DNA of 64,000 bases, taken from the NCBI GenBank assembly GCA_020639095.1, contig JACKHH010000018.1:3429-67428 (forward strand), written 5' to 3'. Positions within the stretch are counted from its first letter, which is position 1, and each line of letters opens with the position of its first letter. This document shows positions 17,767 to 26,999 of the stretch, piece after piece. The notes below the pieces were generated by a model. That model saw only the letters and a list, made by a program, of their open reading frames with translations. It did not search any database and had not been told where the DNA came from. The position numbers and the translations under genes are program-made. Source of the DNA: Phycisphaerales bacterium (GTDB lineage Bacteria; Planctomycetota; Phycisphaerae; UBA1845).

Positions 17767-18534
17767 ATGAAAAAAGTGTTCATGTGCATGGCGTTGGTCG
17801 GCGCCTTGGCGGCCAGCGCGCAAGCGGGTTTCGTAACACCAGGCTACGGCTTGTCGGTGAGCCAGGGCGAAACCGGTGATCTCGCGTATCCCGTCACCGC
17901 CGGCGACCTCATTTCCGGTATGATCGCAACGGAACTGCCTGGTGACCTGGGATGGCATCCGGCGAACACCGCTCCCGCTGATCAATTGCCCGCGTTTACA
18001 GACGATGTGCTCAACAGCGGTTTGGCGGGTCTGTTGAACGACAACAACCCCGGTGTTCCGGTGAAGCGCATTCAGTACGATCTGTCCGGCGCAACCGACA
18101 TTGGCAAAATCAAGGTCTACTCGGGAAATGACGGCCGCGACGGTCGCGTGTTCCACACTTACACTGTCGAGTTCTCGACCGACAACGGTTCGAACTGGAG
18201 CACGCCGATTTATGTTCAGTCGCACGACTCGAACACGATCAACAACTCGGGTAACAACCAGTGGCGCGTCGTGTTGTCGGAGTTGACCAACCCATCGGGC
18301 AAGCTTGCAACGGCAGCCACCAACGTTCGCTTCGATTTCTACTCGGTGGACAACACCCAGGGTCAGATGCGCGATCCGTTTGACGGCGTGAACCCCTTCA
18401 CCGGTTTTGATGACACGCTGACGGCTGCCTTCGTTTCGCCGCTGGTTTGGGAGATCGACGTTCTCGTTCCGGAACCCGGTACGATGGCGTTGCTGGCGTT
18501 CGGTGGTGTCGCGTTGCTGCGTCGCCGTCGCTAA
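17767..18534 (+). CDS. PEP-CTERM-anchored secreted protein carrying the shared unassigned domain
   Basis: AAGGAGG (17752-17758) lies 8 nt before ATG 17767. Signal peptide MKKVFMCMALVGALAASAQA. C-terminus VPEPGTMALLAFGGVALLRRRR is a PEP-CTERM sorting signal. Domain motifs IKVYSGNDGRDGRVFHTYTV and LVWEIDVL. Confidence 0.85.
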   Translation: MKKVFMCMALVGALAASAQAGFVTPGYGLSVSQGETGDLAYPVTAGDLISGMIATELPGDLGWHPANTAPADQLPAFTDDVLNSGLAGLLNDNNPGVPVKRIQYDLSGATDIGKIKVYSGNDGRDGRVFHTYTVEFSTDNGSNWSTPIYVQSHDSNTINNSGNNQWRVVLSELTNPSGKLATAATNVRFDFYSVDNTQGQMRDPFDGVNPFTGFDDTLTAAFVSPLVWEIDVLVPEPGTMALLAFGGVALLRRRR

Positions 18535-18604
18535 GTTGTAACCTATGGTTTACCGGCGGTGCGCTGCGGCGCATCGCGGTTCCTTCAGATGAGCCTTTGC
18601 ATTG

Positions 18605-18644
18605 CAAGCCGCGGAGCGGGCCCACCGTTCCGCGGCTTGTTTGT
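18605..18644 (+). terminator. rho-independent terminator after the PEP-CTERM gene
   Basis: Stem CAAGCCGCGGA (18605-18615) / TCCGCGGCTTG (18629-18639), followed by TTTGT. Confidence 0.7.
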
Positions 18645-18707
18645 CTGCACACTTCGCGATAAACCTGCCCGTAACAGTTCTCGCAGTCGTCAAGGAGGAT
18701 CGATCCC

Positions 18708-21209
18708 GTGCGCACACCCACTTTGCTGACGTGTTTGGTTGCCGTGTTTTTCAGCGGTCGTTTGGCGGTCGCAGCCTCACCCGGTTGTTCGAGTGTCGCG
18801 GATGTCGGCGGGCACTTCGGGATGCACGGGCCCACGTTTTCGCATCAACTTCACGGGCAGGCGCCCAACAGGTGGGCGGAGGGCGAGGCGCTCTTCCACG
18901 TGCTCGAAGACAGCGGTGCCGGGTGGGCACGGCAGGACTTCTGGTGGTCGGTGGCGGAGCCTGAGCAGGGCAAGTTTCAGTGGGATGATTTCGATCGCGC
19001 GATAAACGCATACAACCGCCACGGCATCAAGCTCTTCGCCATCCTCTGTTACACGTCCGCATGGTCAAACGGCGTGTGCCCGCAGACCGACGAGGATCGC
19101 GCGCAGTTCGCCAACTACGTCTATGAGATGGTCAAACGCTACCGTGGAAAGGTTGGGGCTTGGGAAATCTGGAATGAGCCGAACATCCAGCCGTTCTGGT
19201 CGCCGCGGCCTGATCCGGAGCTGTACGCGAAACTGTTGATCGCCGCGTACGATGCCGCCAAGCGCGCCGATCCCGATTGTGTGGTGGTGGGCGGTGGTCT
19301 TGCGGGTCCCGATGCCGAATTCCTCGCGGGGATGTACCAACACGGCGCGCGCGGTCACTTCGACGTATTCAGCTACCACAACTACGGCCAGCAGCTTTCG
19401 ATGGAGACGGAGTGGCCGTCCGTCGCGGCGCTGCGCAGCGTGATGGCCCAGAACGGCGATGGGGATAAACCCATCTGGCAGACCGAGAACGGTTTCTTCA
19501 CCGGGCCCGTGGGCATTTCGGAAGCGGAACAGGGCGCGTGGATCGTGCGCTACTCGATCGGCTTACTCGCGCTGGGCATCGAGAAGACGTTCCAGCTCAC
19601 GCTGCACGACTGGACCGACGATCCGAAAACGCCTGACCTGAGCAGCTACCGCGGCATCACGCACGCAAACCTGACGCGCAAGCCGTCATTCGACGCCTAT
19701 CGCACGATGTGTCGCAACCTGAACGGCAAGCGGCTGGTGGCGACGTTCGAGCCGGTACCCGGCATCTGCGGATTCCTCTTCGAGCAGGCCGACGGCGACG
19801 AACGGATCGCGGTGTTCTGGCGGCAGCAGGCAGGACCAGCCGAGCCGGTGAAGCTTGATCTCGACGTCCCGGTGACGCTCGTCGAACAGATCGACGGCAA
19901 TGGCGAGCGTTTGCGCAGCAATAGCGGCGTGTACGAACTCGCGATGGGCGCGGATCCGATCTACGTGCTGAATCCCGGGCCCGCGATCGTGCGGCAGAAG
20001 CTCGTCCGTTGGCCGAATCCGGTGACGACCAAGCTCGCGCGGACGGCTGACGCGAAGCTCACCGTCAGCGTGGACAACCCCAGCGATCAGGAAACGTACT
20101 TCCTCTGCGAGCACGGCGAACTGCACGTCGTCGCGCCGAGCAGCAGCAACACGTTGACCGTTCCGCTCGATCTCGCGCATGCTGCCGTTGGCAGGCAAAC
20201 AATCAAGTGGATGCTCGCGGAAGATACCACTGGGAAAAAGCCGATCGTTCGCGGCGTGCGGACGATCGAGGTGCGTTCGCCGTTTGACTTGCGGTTCGGT
20301 TCGCTGACGCACCTGAGCGAAGATCAGCCGACGCTGACCGCGGTCGTCGACAACAACAGCGATCAGCCGGCGCGCGTGATGGTACGTTTCCTTGCGGACG
20401 GCGAGCCGATGGGCAGTCCGCGACCGGTACTCCTCGCAGCCGATCGTGAGGCGACGGTTGAAGCGCCGTTCGATCTCGCACGTGTCGCCTCCGGGCGTGC
20501 GGTACCGTTGTCCGTCGAGTTGCACGGCAATGATCTGCAATTGACCGCGTCGACCACGCGGATGCTCATCCGCTGCCCCGAGTCACCAGCCGGTGCGAAG
20601 GTGGACGGCGACGTGTCGGAGTGGCAGGGCGTTGCGCCGCAGCTATCGCGCGAGATGTTCCACTGGGCGTACGTCAACGCACCGCAAGACCCAGCCCCCG
20701 GCGACCTCGCGGTGAGTGGCTGGGTGGGCCACGATGCCGAAGGTCTGCGCGTCGCGTTGATCGTCGAGGATGATTCGATCAGCCTCGCCGAGGGCAGGGC
20801 GGTTTGGAATTGGGATTCCGTGCAGGTGGGCCTCGACCTCGCGTCCGACGCGGAACCGAAAGCGGGCTACGACGCGAACGATCTGGAGATCGAACTCGCC
20901 CGCGGAGCCGATGGCAAGCTGTGGTGCTATCTCGGGCAGTGTCCCGCGGGTTGGCCGGTCGCGGACCTGGAGAGCAAGCTGGTCGCGGACGTCACCGTTG
21001 ACGAGTCTGCCGGTCGCTACACGTACGAGCTGCTCATTCCGGCGTCGCTGCTGGTCTCGACGCTCGACCTCAAGCGCGACACCGTCCTGGGTTTTTCCAT
21101 CATGGTCAACGACAACGACGCCGACGGCAGAGCGGGCTGGCTGGAACTCACCCCAGGCATCGGCATGGGCAAGCAGCCGGAGAACTTCGCGTGGCTGTGG
21201 CTGCGGTAG
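18708..21209 (+). CDS. clan GH-A glycoside hydrolase (GH5/GH39-like TIM barrel) with C-terminal CBM9/DOMON-like module
   Basis: AAGGAGGA precedes GTG 18708, and a signal peptide is present. Acid/base motif AWEIWNEPN and nucleophile region PIWQTENGF. C-terminal DGDVSEWQGVAP ... GFSIMVNDNDADGRAGWLEL resembles CBM9-type modules. Confidence 0.75.
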   Translation: MRTPTLLTCLVAVFFSGRLAVAASPGCSSVADVGGHFGMHGPTFSHQLHGQAPNRWAEGEALFHVLEDSGAGWARQDFWWSVAEPEQGKFQWDDFDRAINAYNRHGIKLFAILCYTSAWSNGVCPQTDEDRAQFANYVYEMVKRYRGKVGAWEIWNEPNIQPFWSPRPDPELYAKLLIAAYDAAKRADPDCVVVGGGLAGPDAEFLAGMYQHGARGHFDVFSYHNYGQQLSMETEWPSVAALRSVMAQNGDGDKPIWQTENGFFTGPVGISEAEQGAWIVRYSIGLLALGIEKTFQLTLHDWTDDPKTPDLSSYRGITHANLTRKPSFDAYRTMCRNLNGKRLVATFEPVPGICGFLFEQADGDERIAVFWRQQAGPAEPVKLDLDVPVTLVEQIDGNGERLRSNSGVYELAMGADPIYVLNPGPAIVRQKLVRWPNPVTTKLARTADAKLTVSVDNPSDQETYFLCEHGELHVVAPSSSNTLTVPLDLAHAAVGRQTIKWMLAEDTTGKKPIVRGVRTIEVRSPFDLRFGSLTHLSEDQPTLTAVVDNNSDQPARVMVRFLADGEPMGSPRPVLLAADREATVEAPFDLARVASGRAVPLSVELHGNDLQLTASTTRMLIRCPESPAGAKVDGDVSEWQGVAPQLSREMFHWAYVNAPQDPAPGDLAVSGWVGHDAEGLRVALIVEDDSISLAEGRAVWNWDSVQVGLDLASDAEPKAGYDANDLEIELARGADGKLWCYLGQCPAGWPVADLESKLVADVTVDESAGRYTYELLIPASLLVSTLDLKRDTVLGFSIMVNDNDADGRAGWLELTPGIGMGKQPENFAWLWLR

Positions 21210-21232
21210 TGAGGTAGCGCCCTCGAAGTGAA

Positions 21233-21523
21233 TTGAACCACCAAGGCACAAAGGCACCAAGAACAGCATTTTGTAGTGTTGAATGACGAACGACGTCACG
21301 GGTGGCACGGACAAGCTCTGCTTGTCCGTGGTCATTCGTTTATTGCGCTCGGACGGAAACGTCGAGAAGGCGACGAGGCTCCCAACTCGCGATTATCATA
21401 CGAACGACGAACGCAATCCAGGATCGCCACTGACAAGCAAAGCTTGTCAGTGCCACCCTTGAGGGCGCGCAAACAGGCACCCAACAAATCCGTTCTTGGT
21501 GCCTTTGTGCCTTGGTGGTTCAA
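21233..21523 (+). repeat. family A composite palindromic element, copy A3 (full, perfect 32-bp terminal inverted arms)
   Basis: TTGAACCACCAAGGCACAAAGGCACCAAGAAC at 21233-21264, with its exact reverse complement at 21492-21523. Hairpins at 21299-21331 (cacggacaagc type) and 21427-21457 (cactgacaagc type). Confidence 0.95.
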
Positions 21524-21541
21524 ACCCGTTGAAGACTTTCC

Positions 21542-23785
21542 CTACTGCGTTGGTCCGGTTAGCAGAGGGTCAAAGATCGCGAGATCATCCGTGTCCGCGT
21601 CGCCGTCGCCGTCGAGGTCCGCGAGGTTCACGGTCACCGAGCCGGCGAAGGGAAATACGTCGATTTCCTTGATGATGCTGGCTTGGATAGCTTGATCGAG
21701 GCCGTCGGTGTCGCCCGGCTCGAACGCGTCGTACTCGTCGCGGAACTCGCCCGACGTCTGCGAGACGCAGTAGAACGTGAAGCGTAGCGCGTCGACGTTG
21801 GCTGCGATGGGACCGGGTTGGTTGCCCGCGATTTCAGTGAACGATCCGCCGAGGGCGCCCGTGTTGGCTTGCCCGAAGGGGCCGGTGGTGACGTTGTCGA
21901 CCAGCGTGTCGTAAGTGGCGCTACCGACTTGGGAATATGCGACGTCGTAGTTCTGGAACACGCGGCCATCGATGTTGCGGCAGAACACGCGAATGCGTTC
22001 GATCGCGATCGGTGATCCAAAGTTGTAAACGACCTGAAGCGAGGGGCGCGAGAAATCGGCCAGCACGGCTTCCACGTCCGCGCCCTCTTCTCCGTCGGTT
22101 AAGTCCTGGAGTCCGCCCGCGACCCCGCCGGGCGTGGCAGCATGAAACCCGCCAGCTTCCACCGTGCCAATCGCGCCTTCAAGCAGGTCGCCCGACGCGA
22201 TGCTCTGGCTGAGCCCGGCGAAGGAGGCTGCGAGTTCATAGCTCACGACGGGCGCGACCACCGTGCTCAATGCCTTTTCGCAGCCGTTCGGGATCGCGGT
22301 ATTCCCCGGGCCGGTGTAGCACGTCGTGTAGATGGCGAAGTCCTTAAGGTCGACGTCGCCGTCTTCGTCGAGATCGCCCAGGCCCAGCGGCGTGGTGACG
22401 GTGATGTAGGCGGGCTTGGTTTCGCTGTCGTTGCCCCCGGGGCCGGTGACGTCAAGCGACACGGTGTAGCTTCCGCCCGCGACGTACGTGTGTACCGGGT
22501 TCTCCAGGCCGCTGGTGTTGCCGTCTCCAAAATCCCAATGCCATTCATCCACGATGCCTGAACCGGTGGACGCGAAGGTCACCTGAAGCGGCGTGCTCCC
22601 GGACGTCGGGCTGGCGCTGAAGTCGGCGATCGGCGGGCTGAACACGCCGGTCTGCGCGGCGAACTCGTACCAAGCGGCTTGGTAATTGCCAATGCCGTTG
22701 GTCAAGCCCCAGTTGCCGTTCGGGTCGCCGCTGTTGTACTGGTACCACATGCCGGAGGTGACGAAAGACTGCGTTCGCAGCCAGTTGTAGGTGTCGCGAA
22801 GGTTATCGGCTTTGAGTTGATCGCCGACGCCTTCGGTCGTCCAGCCGAACTCGGTGACGAGGATCGGGCTGGTGTCGCCGTGGTTGGTTTGCTCGCGGCG
22901 AATGCCGTCGTTCGAGTGGCCGCTCGCGTTCTGGTTGAAGTAGGCGTTCAGCTCGGTGAGGCTCACCGCCTGCCCGCCGTTGAGATAGAAGTGATAACCG
23001 AAGTAGTCCCAAGGATACTGCCGGCCTGTCGGGTTGAGCGGGCTCGAAGCGAACGCGTTCCAGATGTCGGTCTGGTTGTAGGTGTCGTGGGCGTACGCAG
23101 TGGCTGACCCGGGGTTGGTCCCGCCGATGTCGTGCGCGAAAAGCCCGCCGCTGACCAGCGAGACGTTGTTGTCGCTGAAGAAGGTCGGCCCGCCCTGGTC
23201 GATGCACGCCTTGTACGTTTCCGCCATCAGGTTCGCGAAGATTCGCGGCCAGATGTACGAGCAACCCGGGTTGAGCGGATTCGTGTTCGGGTCCACGCCC
23301 CAGCAACTCGGCTCGTTCCAGAGTTCGTAGAGTTTGACGTCGTCCTTGTAGCGGTCGATCAGCAGGTACGCGGTCTGCGCGTAGGCCGTCGTGTACGCGT
23401 TCAAGCCGGTGGTGTTGTAGTTCTCGTTCCACTGCGCTTGGGAATAGCCCCAGACGGTTTCGTTGGAGAAGATCGCCAGCACCTCCAGATTGTTGTTCAC
23501 CGCGTTGGCGATGATCTGGTCGTAGAGCGCGAGGCGCGACGCGTCCCACCCGGAGGCTGCGCCGATGAAGTTGATCCGCACGAAACGACAGCCGGAGGAG
23601 GCAATGTCCGCAGCCAGCGCGTTGGTGAAGAGGATGTTCGTCCCGCTGATCGGCGCGCCCGCGTTCACGCCGACGAAGGGCGGTGGGTTTGCGCCGGCAA
23701 TACCAGCCGACAGCGCCAGGACGCTGGCTGTGAACAGACGGATAACGATACCGCGTTTCGAAATGCTACGCTGGTGAGACCGCAT
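21542..23785 (-). CDS. multidomain secreted clan GH-A (GH5-like) hydrolase - PKD - dockerin-like - shared unassigned domain - dockerin-like
   Basis: Signal peptide present; AGGAG precedes ATG 23785. Motifs YELWNEPS and ILVTEFGW. PKD segment LQVTFASTG...WDFGDGNTS...HTYVAGGSYTVSL. GDLDEDGDVDLKDF. Shared domain IRVFCRNIDGRVFQNYDV ... IIKEIDVF. C-terminal ADLDGDGDADTDDLAIF. Confidence 0.8.
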   Translation of the reverse strand: MRSHQRSISKRGIVIRLFTASVLALSAGIAGANPPPFVGVNAGAPISGTNILFTNALAADIASSGCRFVRINFIGAASGWDASRLALYDQIIANAVNNNLEVLAIFSNETVWGYSQAQWNENYNTTGLNAYTTAYAQTAYLLIDRYKDDVKLYELWNEPSCWGVDPNTNPLNPGCSYIWPRIFANLMAETYKACIDQGGPTFFSDNNVSLVSGGLFAHDIGGTNPGSATAYAHDTYNQTDIWNAFASSPLNPTGRQYPWDYFGYHFYLNGGQAVSLTELNAYFNQNASGHSNDGIRREQTNHGDTSPILVTEFGWTTEGVGDQLKADNLRDTYNWLRTQSFVTSGMWYQYNSGDPNGNWGLTNGIGNYQAAWYEFAAQTGVFSPPIADFSASPTSGSTPLQVTFASTGSGIVDEWHWDFGDGNTSGLENPVHTYVAGGSYTVSLDVTGPGGNDSETKPAYITVTTPLGLGDLDEDGDVDLKDFAIYTTCYTGPGNTAIPNGCEKALSTVVAPVVSYELAASFAGLSQSIASGDLLEGAIGTVEAGGFHAATPGGVAGGLQDLTDGEEGADVEAVLADFSRPSLQVVYNFGSPIAIERIRVFCRNIDGRVFQNYDVAYSQVGSATYDTLVDNVTTGPFGQANTGALGGSFTEIAGNQPGPIAANVDALRFTFYCVSQTSGEFRDEYDAFEPGDTDGLDQAIQASIIKEIDVFPFAGSVTVNLADLDGDGDADTDDLAIFDPLLTGPTQ

Positions 23786-24075
23786 CTTGAGAAACTCCTA
23801 GATCCGTGCATCGAGTGACGGGCGCATGACTCGCGAGATCGCCGCGAAGCGCGCACCTTCAACGGGTGTTGACCGTGGTGGTCGTCTCTAGTTTGTCGGC
23901 GAGATCGATACCGCACCCCCAGACAGCAACCACCCCATACGACAATAGCAGGTCTCGGGACACGAAAGCAACGCGAACAGCCCGGAAAACCGCCGTTTGC
24001 TGGTGACCGGAAGCTCTCATTCGCGGGTGAACGGCAGGCGTCACGCGCGTGTCAGTTGGCTGGTTGGGTCCGGAA

Positions 24076-25953
24076 TTACTGGCTGAGGTGGTGTTTCAAT
24101 CGGGCGAAGAATTCCGGGGCGCCGACGACCTGTATGCGCGCGTCACGTTGCGCTAGTGCGTGCGTGATATCCGCATGCCACGCGGGCGATTGCAGAATGC
24201 TGCGATACCAGTGGAAGCGGACGCCGCGGGTCCTGCGTTCGGCGATATCAGCCAGTATGCGTTCGACGGTCGCGCCGACGTCGCCGCCAATGTCGGGGCC
24301 GCGACGCAGGACCGGCATCTCGCCGTGCATGCGCATGTCAACGTCGTCGTACTGCATGACCACACCGTCGGGGCTGAACTTGGCGTACGCGTCGAGAGCT
24401 GCGGACGGCGTCTGCGTGGCCCGGCCATCGATGATGAAACCGGTGATGCGCAAATCCCACTGCTGGTAGTATGCGGTGCAGTGGTCGCGCCAATTGGCAA
24501 GACCCGATGGCAGGTTCGACTCAGGCCGGGGTTCGATGAGCATCGCGGGATTGAGATAGCCCGCACCGTTGTCACCAGCCATGAAGAAGTCGTTTGGCGT
24601 GCGCGTGCGGCGCATGTGGTCCATCACCATCGGTGCGCGGCGGCAGAGCACGGGATTGAGCGACCACGTCAGCGGTACTTCGCCGCGACGCTTGTCCTCC
24701 CAGAGGTCGGGCATGCGCTGGTAGATCCAGGCGGCTGCGTCGTAGTCGCCGACGTAGAACACGATCCAATCGCGATCGTCGTCCGTTGATTTGTGGGACC
24801 GGCTTTCTTGCCGGTCATGACCGGTTGGAAAACCGGTCCCACAATCTTCATCCGACGTGGGCAACCGCTGGGGATAGCGTTCTTCCAGCGGGAAGTGCAT
24901 GTAGAACGAAGCGTTGGCCATCGCGCCGTGGCCGATCGCGTCGGCATCGAGAAAACCATCATACGCGCTGATGATGCGGACGAGTTCCCACTCGCTCTGC
25001 ACGCCGTCGTGAATGCCGCCCGCCTGTGGCAGGTCGGTGTATTTGAACGCCCAGGGGATGAACCCGCCGACGTGCAGCATCCCCTTGCCGCCGCGGCGCA
25101 CGTAGAGCGCGTGCAGGATTTCCTGGAGCGCACGGAGATCGGCGCCCACGGGCTGGTGCGGATCATCGACGGCGGTTTCGTCCGGCCAGCAGTTGAGATC
25201 GCAGAAGAACGCACGCTTCGCGACGAAATAGTCGTGGTTGGTGAGCGTGTGGTGGTTCGGCACGCAGTGGTGCGCATGGTTGATCCACCACGCGTCGATG
25301 TAGTAGCCCAGGTAGTGCGGATCGCACAGGCCGGTCTCGATGAAGCGCTCGACGGCCCAATGGTACGCGGCGCACTTGGCGGACTGTGCTTCGCCGGCGG
25401 GGAAATCGGTCGCGCAGATGCGCTGCACGATGGGCAGTTTCAGGCCGTTGGTGACCAGCCGATCGAACAGGCTGCCGGGCGTCGCGTCCTCGCGGATGGC
25501 AATGAGATTCTGCACGCCGGCGATCGTTGATGCCAGGTTGCTGAGCGCTGGGAGCGACGCGTCATAGACCACCGCGCCCGCGATGTCGTCGCGAAAGCGG
25601 GTGACGAGTTCTTCGAGCGTGGGCACGCGCTGGATGGAAGCGCCCGCGAGCCATGCGCCTTTCGCGGTCAGCTGCGCGAGCCAGTAGTCGTCGACGTTCG
25701 CGCCGTCGTGTTCGACGTAGCGCAGGTAGAGACGCGGGGCGTCGCGGTTGACGATGCCTTGCAGCGTGGCGACGGCATGGGCTTCATCCCAGGCGCGGGC
25801 AGCGTCCGCCGGTGCGGTCAGGTCGCGTGCGAGTGTGTGCGTCAGATCGTATAGGGCAATTGCCAAGCGAGCGTTTCCTTCTATGTTCGGATACGTCAGG
25901 TTGTGGGACCGGTTTCCCAACCGGTCAGACCGGCTGGAAAGCCAGTCCCACAT
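24076..25953 (-). CDS. GxGYxYP family putative glycoside hydrolase
   Basis: Signature AGDNGAGYLNP and preceding IVFYVGDYDAAAW. The start is uncertain: ATG 25953 lies at the edge of repeat B2, and a TTG is possible a few codons downstream. Repeat B1 is translated in frame in the interdomain linker. Confidence 0.75.
   Translation of the reverse strand: MWDWLSSRSDRLGNRSHNLTYPNIEGNARLAIALYDLTHTLARDLTAPADAARAWDEAHAVATLQGIVNRDAPRLYLRYVEHDGANVDDYWLAQLTAKGAWLAGASIQRVPTLEELVTRFRDDIAGAVVYDASLPALSNLASTIAGVQNLIAIREDATPGSLFDRLVTNGLKLPIVQRICATDFPAGEAQSAKCAAYHWAVERFIETGLCDPHYLGYYIDAWWINHAHHCVPNHHTLTNHDYFVAKRAFFCDLNCWPDETAVDDPHQPVGADLRALQEILHALYVRRGGKGMLHVGGFIPWAFKYTDLPQAGGIHDGVQSEWELVRIISAYDGFLDADAIGHGAMANASFYMHFPLEERYPQRLPTSDEDCGTGFPTGHDRQESRSHKSTDDDRDWIVFYVGDYDAAAWIYQRMPDLWEDKRRGEVPLTWSLNPVLCRRAPMVMDHMRRTRTPNDFFMAGDNGAGYLNPAMLIEPRPESNLPSGLANWRDHCTAYYQQWDLRITGFIIDGRATQTPSAALDAYAKFSPDGVVMQYDDVDMRMHGEMPVLRRGPDIGGDVGATVERILADIAERRTRGVRFHWYRSILQSPAWHADITHALAQRDARIQVVGAPEFFARLKHHLSQ
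24792..24843 (+). repeat. family B double-hairpin element, copy B1 (inside a CDS)
   Basis: TGTGGGACCGGctttcttGCCGGTCatGACCGGTTggaaAACCGGTCCCACA. Confidence 0.9.
25902..25952 (+). repeat. family B double-hairpin element, copy B2
   Basis: TGTGGGACCGGTTtcccAACCGGTCaGACCGGCtggaaaGCCAGTCCCACA. It lies at the junction of the 25969..26757 and 24076..25953 genes. Confidence 0.9.
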
Positions 25954-25968
25954 TGGTATTCCTGAGCA

Positions 25969-26757
25969 CTATGTCCAGCGTTTGCGAATGCGGTCCGCGC
26001 CCCAGCCGCACACGTTCCAGAGGTTCGCGACCGGTTCACGCGTGTGCGGGATGGTCGGCAGATAGTTCGGCGGGCCGTATTCCGGGGTGATCGAGAGGAC
26101 GTCAGCCCCTTGCGCGCTGCGCGCGTCGCGGATGCGGTCCCACCAGGATTCGAAGAGGTTGACGTATTCCGCGAACTCCGGGGCGCGCGGGTCGGAAACC
26201 TGTGGCGCTTCCTCGTGTCCGACGCGCGCGTGTACGTGAATGGCCCGGGAAATCGCGAGCGCGACGAGGTCGTCCACGTCAGCAAGTCGCGACTCGGTGA
26301 CCAGCACCCAGTGGCTGAAGTCGGCGCAGATCTTGAGGTCGGCGAAGCGTTCGAGGTAACGGGCTGTCGCCCACGGCGTGTAGAGCATGCGGTGGCGGTG
26401 TGTTTCGTGCGCCACGGGGATGCCGATTTCCCGCTCGGTTTGCAGGGCTTTTTCAAAGTACGCGCACGCGGTGTCGAAGTCGTACTTGTCGCGTCCGGTT
26501 TGCGCGTTCACGCGGATGGGGCCGAAGTCGGCTGCCCGTTTGAGGTTCGTGGCGAACTCTTCGGGCGTGAGCGAATAGATGGCTGCGATGTAGTCGAGCC
26601 CGTGATCGGCGCACATCTTGCGCCAGTCTGCCGGTGGTACGTCGGGCGGGTCGAACTCGACGCCGTCGTACCCGGCATCGGCGATAAGCCGAAGCTTGTT
26701 TGCCAGCGTGTCGCCTTCCGTCATGCCCCACATCGATTTGAAGATTTTGACTTCCAT
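25969..26757 (-). CDS. sugar phosphate isomerase/epimerase (xylose isomerase-like TIM barrel) family protein
   Basis: ATG 26757 (MEVKIFKSMWGM...) inside ORF 25969..26775. Motifs AGYDGVEFD, HETHRH, ADFSHW, HARVGHEE. Confidence 0.7.
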   Translation of the reverse strand: MEVKIFKSMWGMTEGDTLANKLRLIADAGYDGVEFDPPDVPPADWRKMCADHGLDYIAAIYSLTPEEFATNLKRAADFGPIRVNAQTGRDKYDFDTACAYFEKALQTEREIGIPVAHETHRHRMLYTPWATARYLERFADLKICADFSHWVLVTESRLADVDDLVALAISRAIHVHARVGHEEAPQVSDPRAPEFAEYVNLFESWWDRIRDARSAQGADVLSITPEYGPPNYLPTIPHTREPVANLWNVCGWGADRIRKRWT

Positions 26758-26768
26758 AACGTGTCTGC

Positions 26769-26845
26769 GTGCCACTGCTCTTGAGCAGTGGGCTGTCTAT
26801 GGGAAATCTTTCGAAATCACGACCACTGCTCAAGAGCAGTGGCAC
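26769..26845. repeat. family C paired-hairpin element, copy C1 (77 bp)
   Basis: GTGCCACTGCTCttgaGCAGTGG at 26769-26791 and CCACTGCTCaagaGCAGTGGCAC at 26823-26845, separated by a 31-nt spacer. Confidence 0.9.
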
Positions 26846-26896
26846 ACGGTGCGCCGATCAAGCACCGTACTTGATCCCAAGCGTCGGCATAGAATT

Positions 26897-26999
26897 CGTC
26901 ACTCGTAACTCGTCACTCGTCACCCGTCACCCGTCACTCTGCATTCTGCATTCTGACCTCTGCACTTTCCCCCGCTCCCTGACGGTCGCGGCTCGGATT
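26897..26999 (-). repeat. family D core, copy D2, with TCACTCG/CTGCATT simple-repeat tail
   Basis: cgtcactcgtaactcgtcactcgtcacccgtcacccgtcactctgcattctgcattctgac, then CTCTGCACTTTCCCCCGCTCCCTGACGGTCGCGGCTCGGATT at 26958-26999. Confidence 0.85.

Noticed and set aside
21233-21523. Family A elements as true MITEs or mobile elements.
   Set aside because: Terminal inverted arms exist, but I found no target-site duplications at any of the five copies and no transposase in the window. They are therefore annotated as repeats, not mobile_element.
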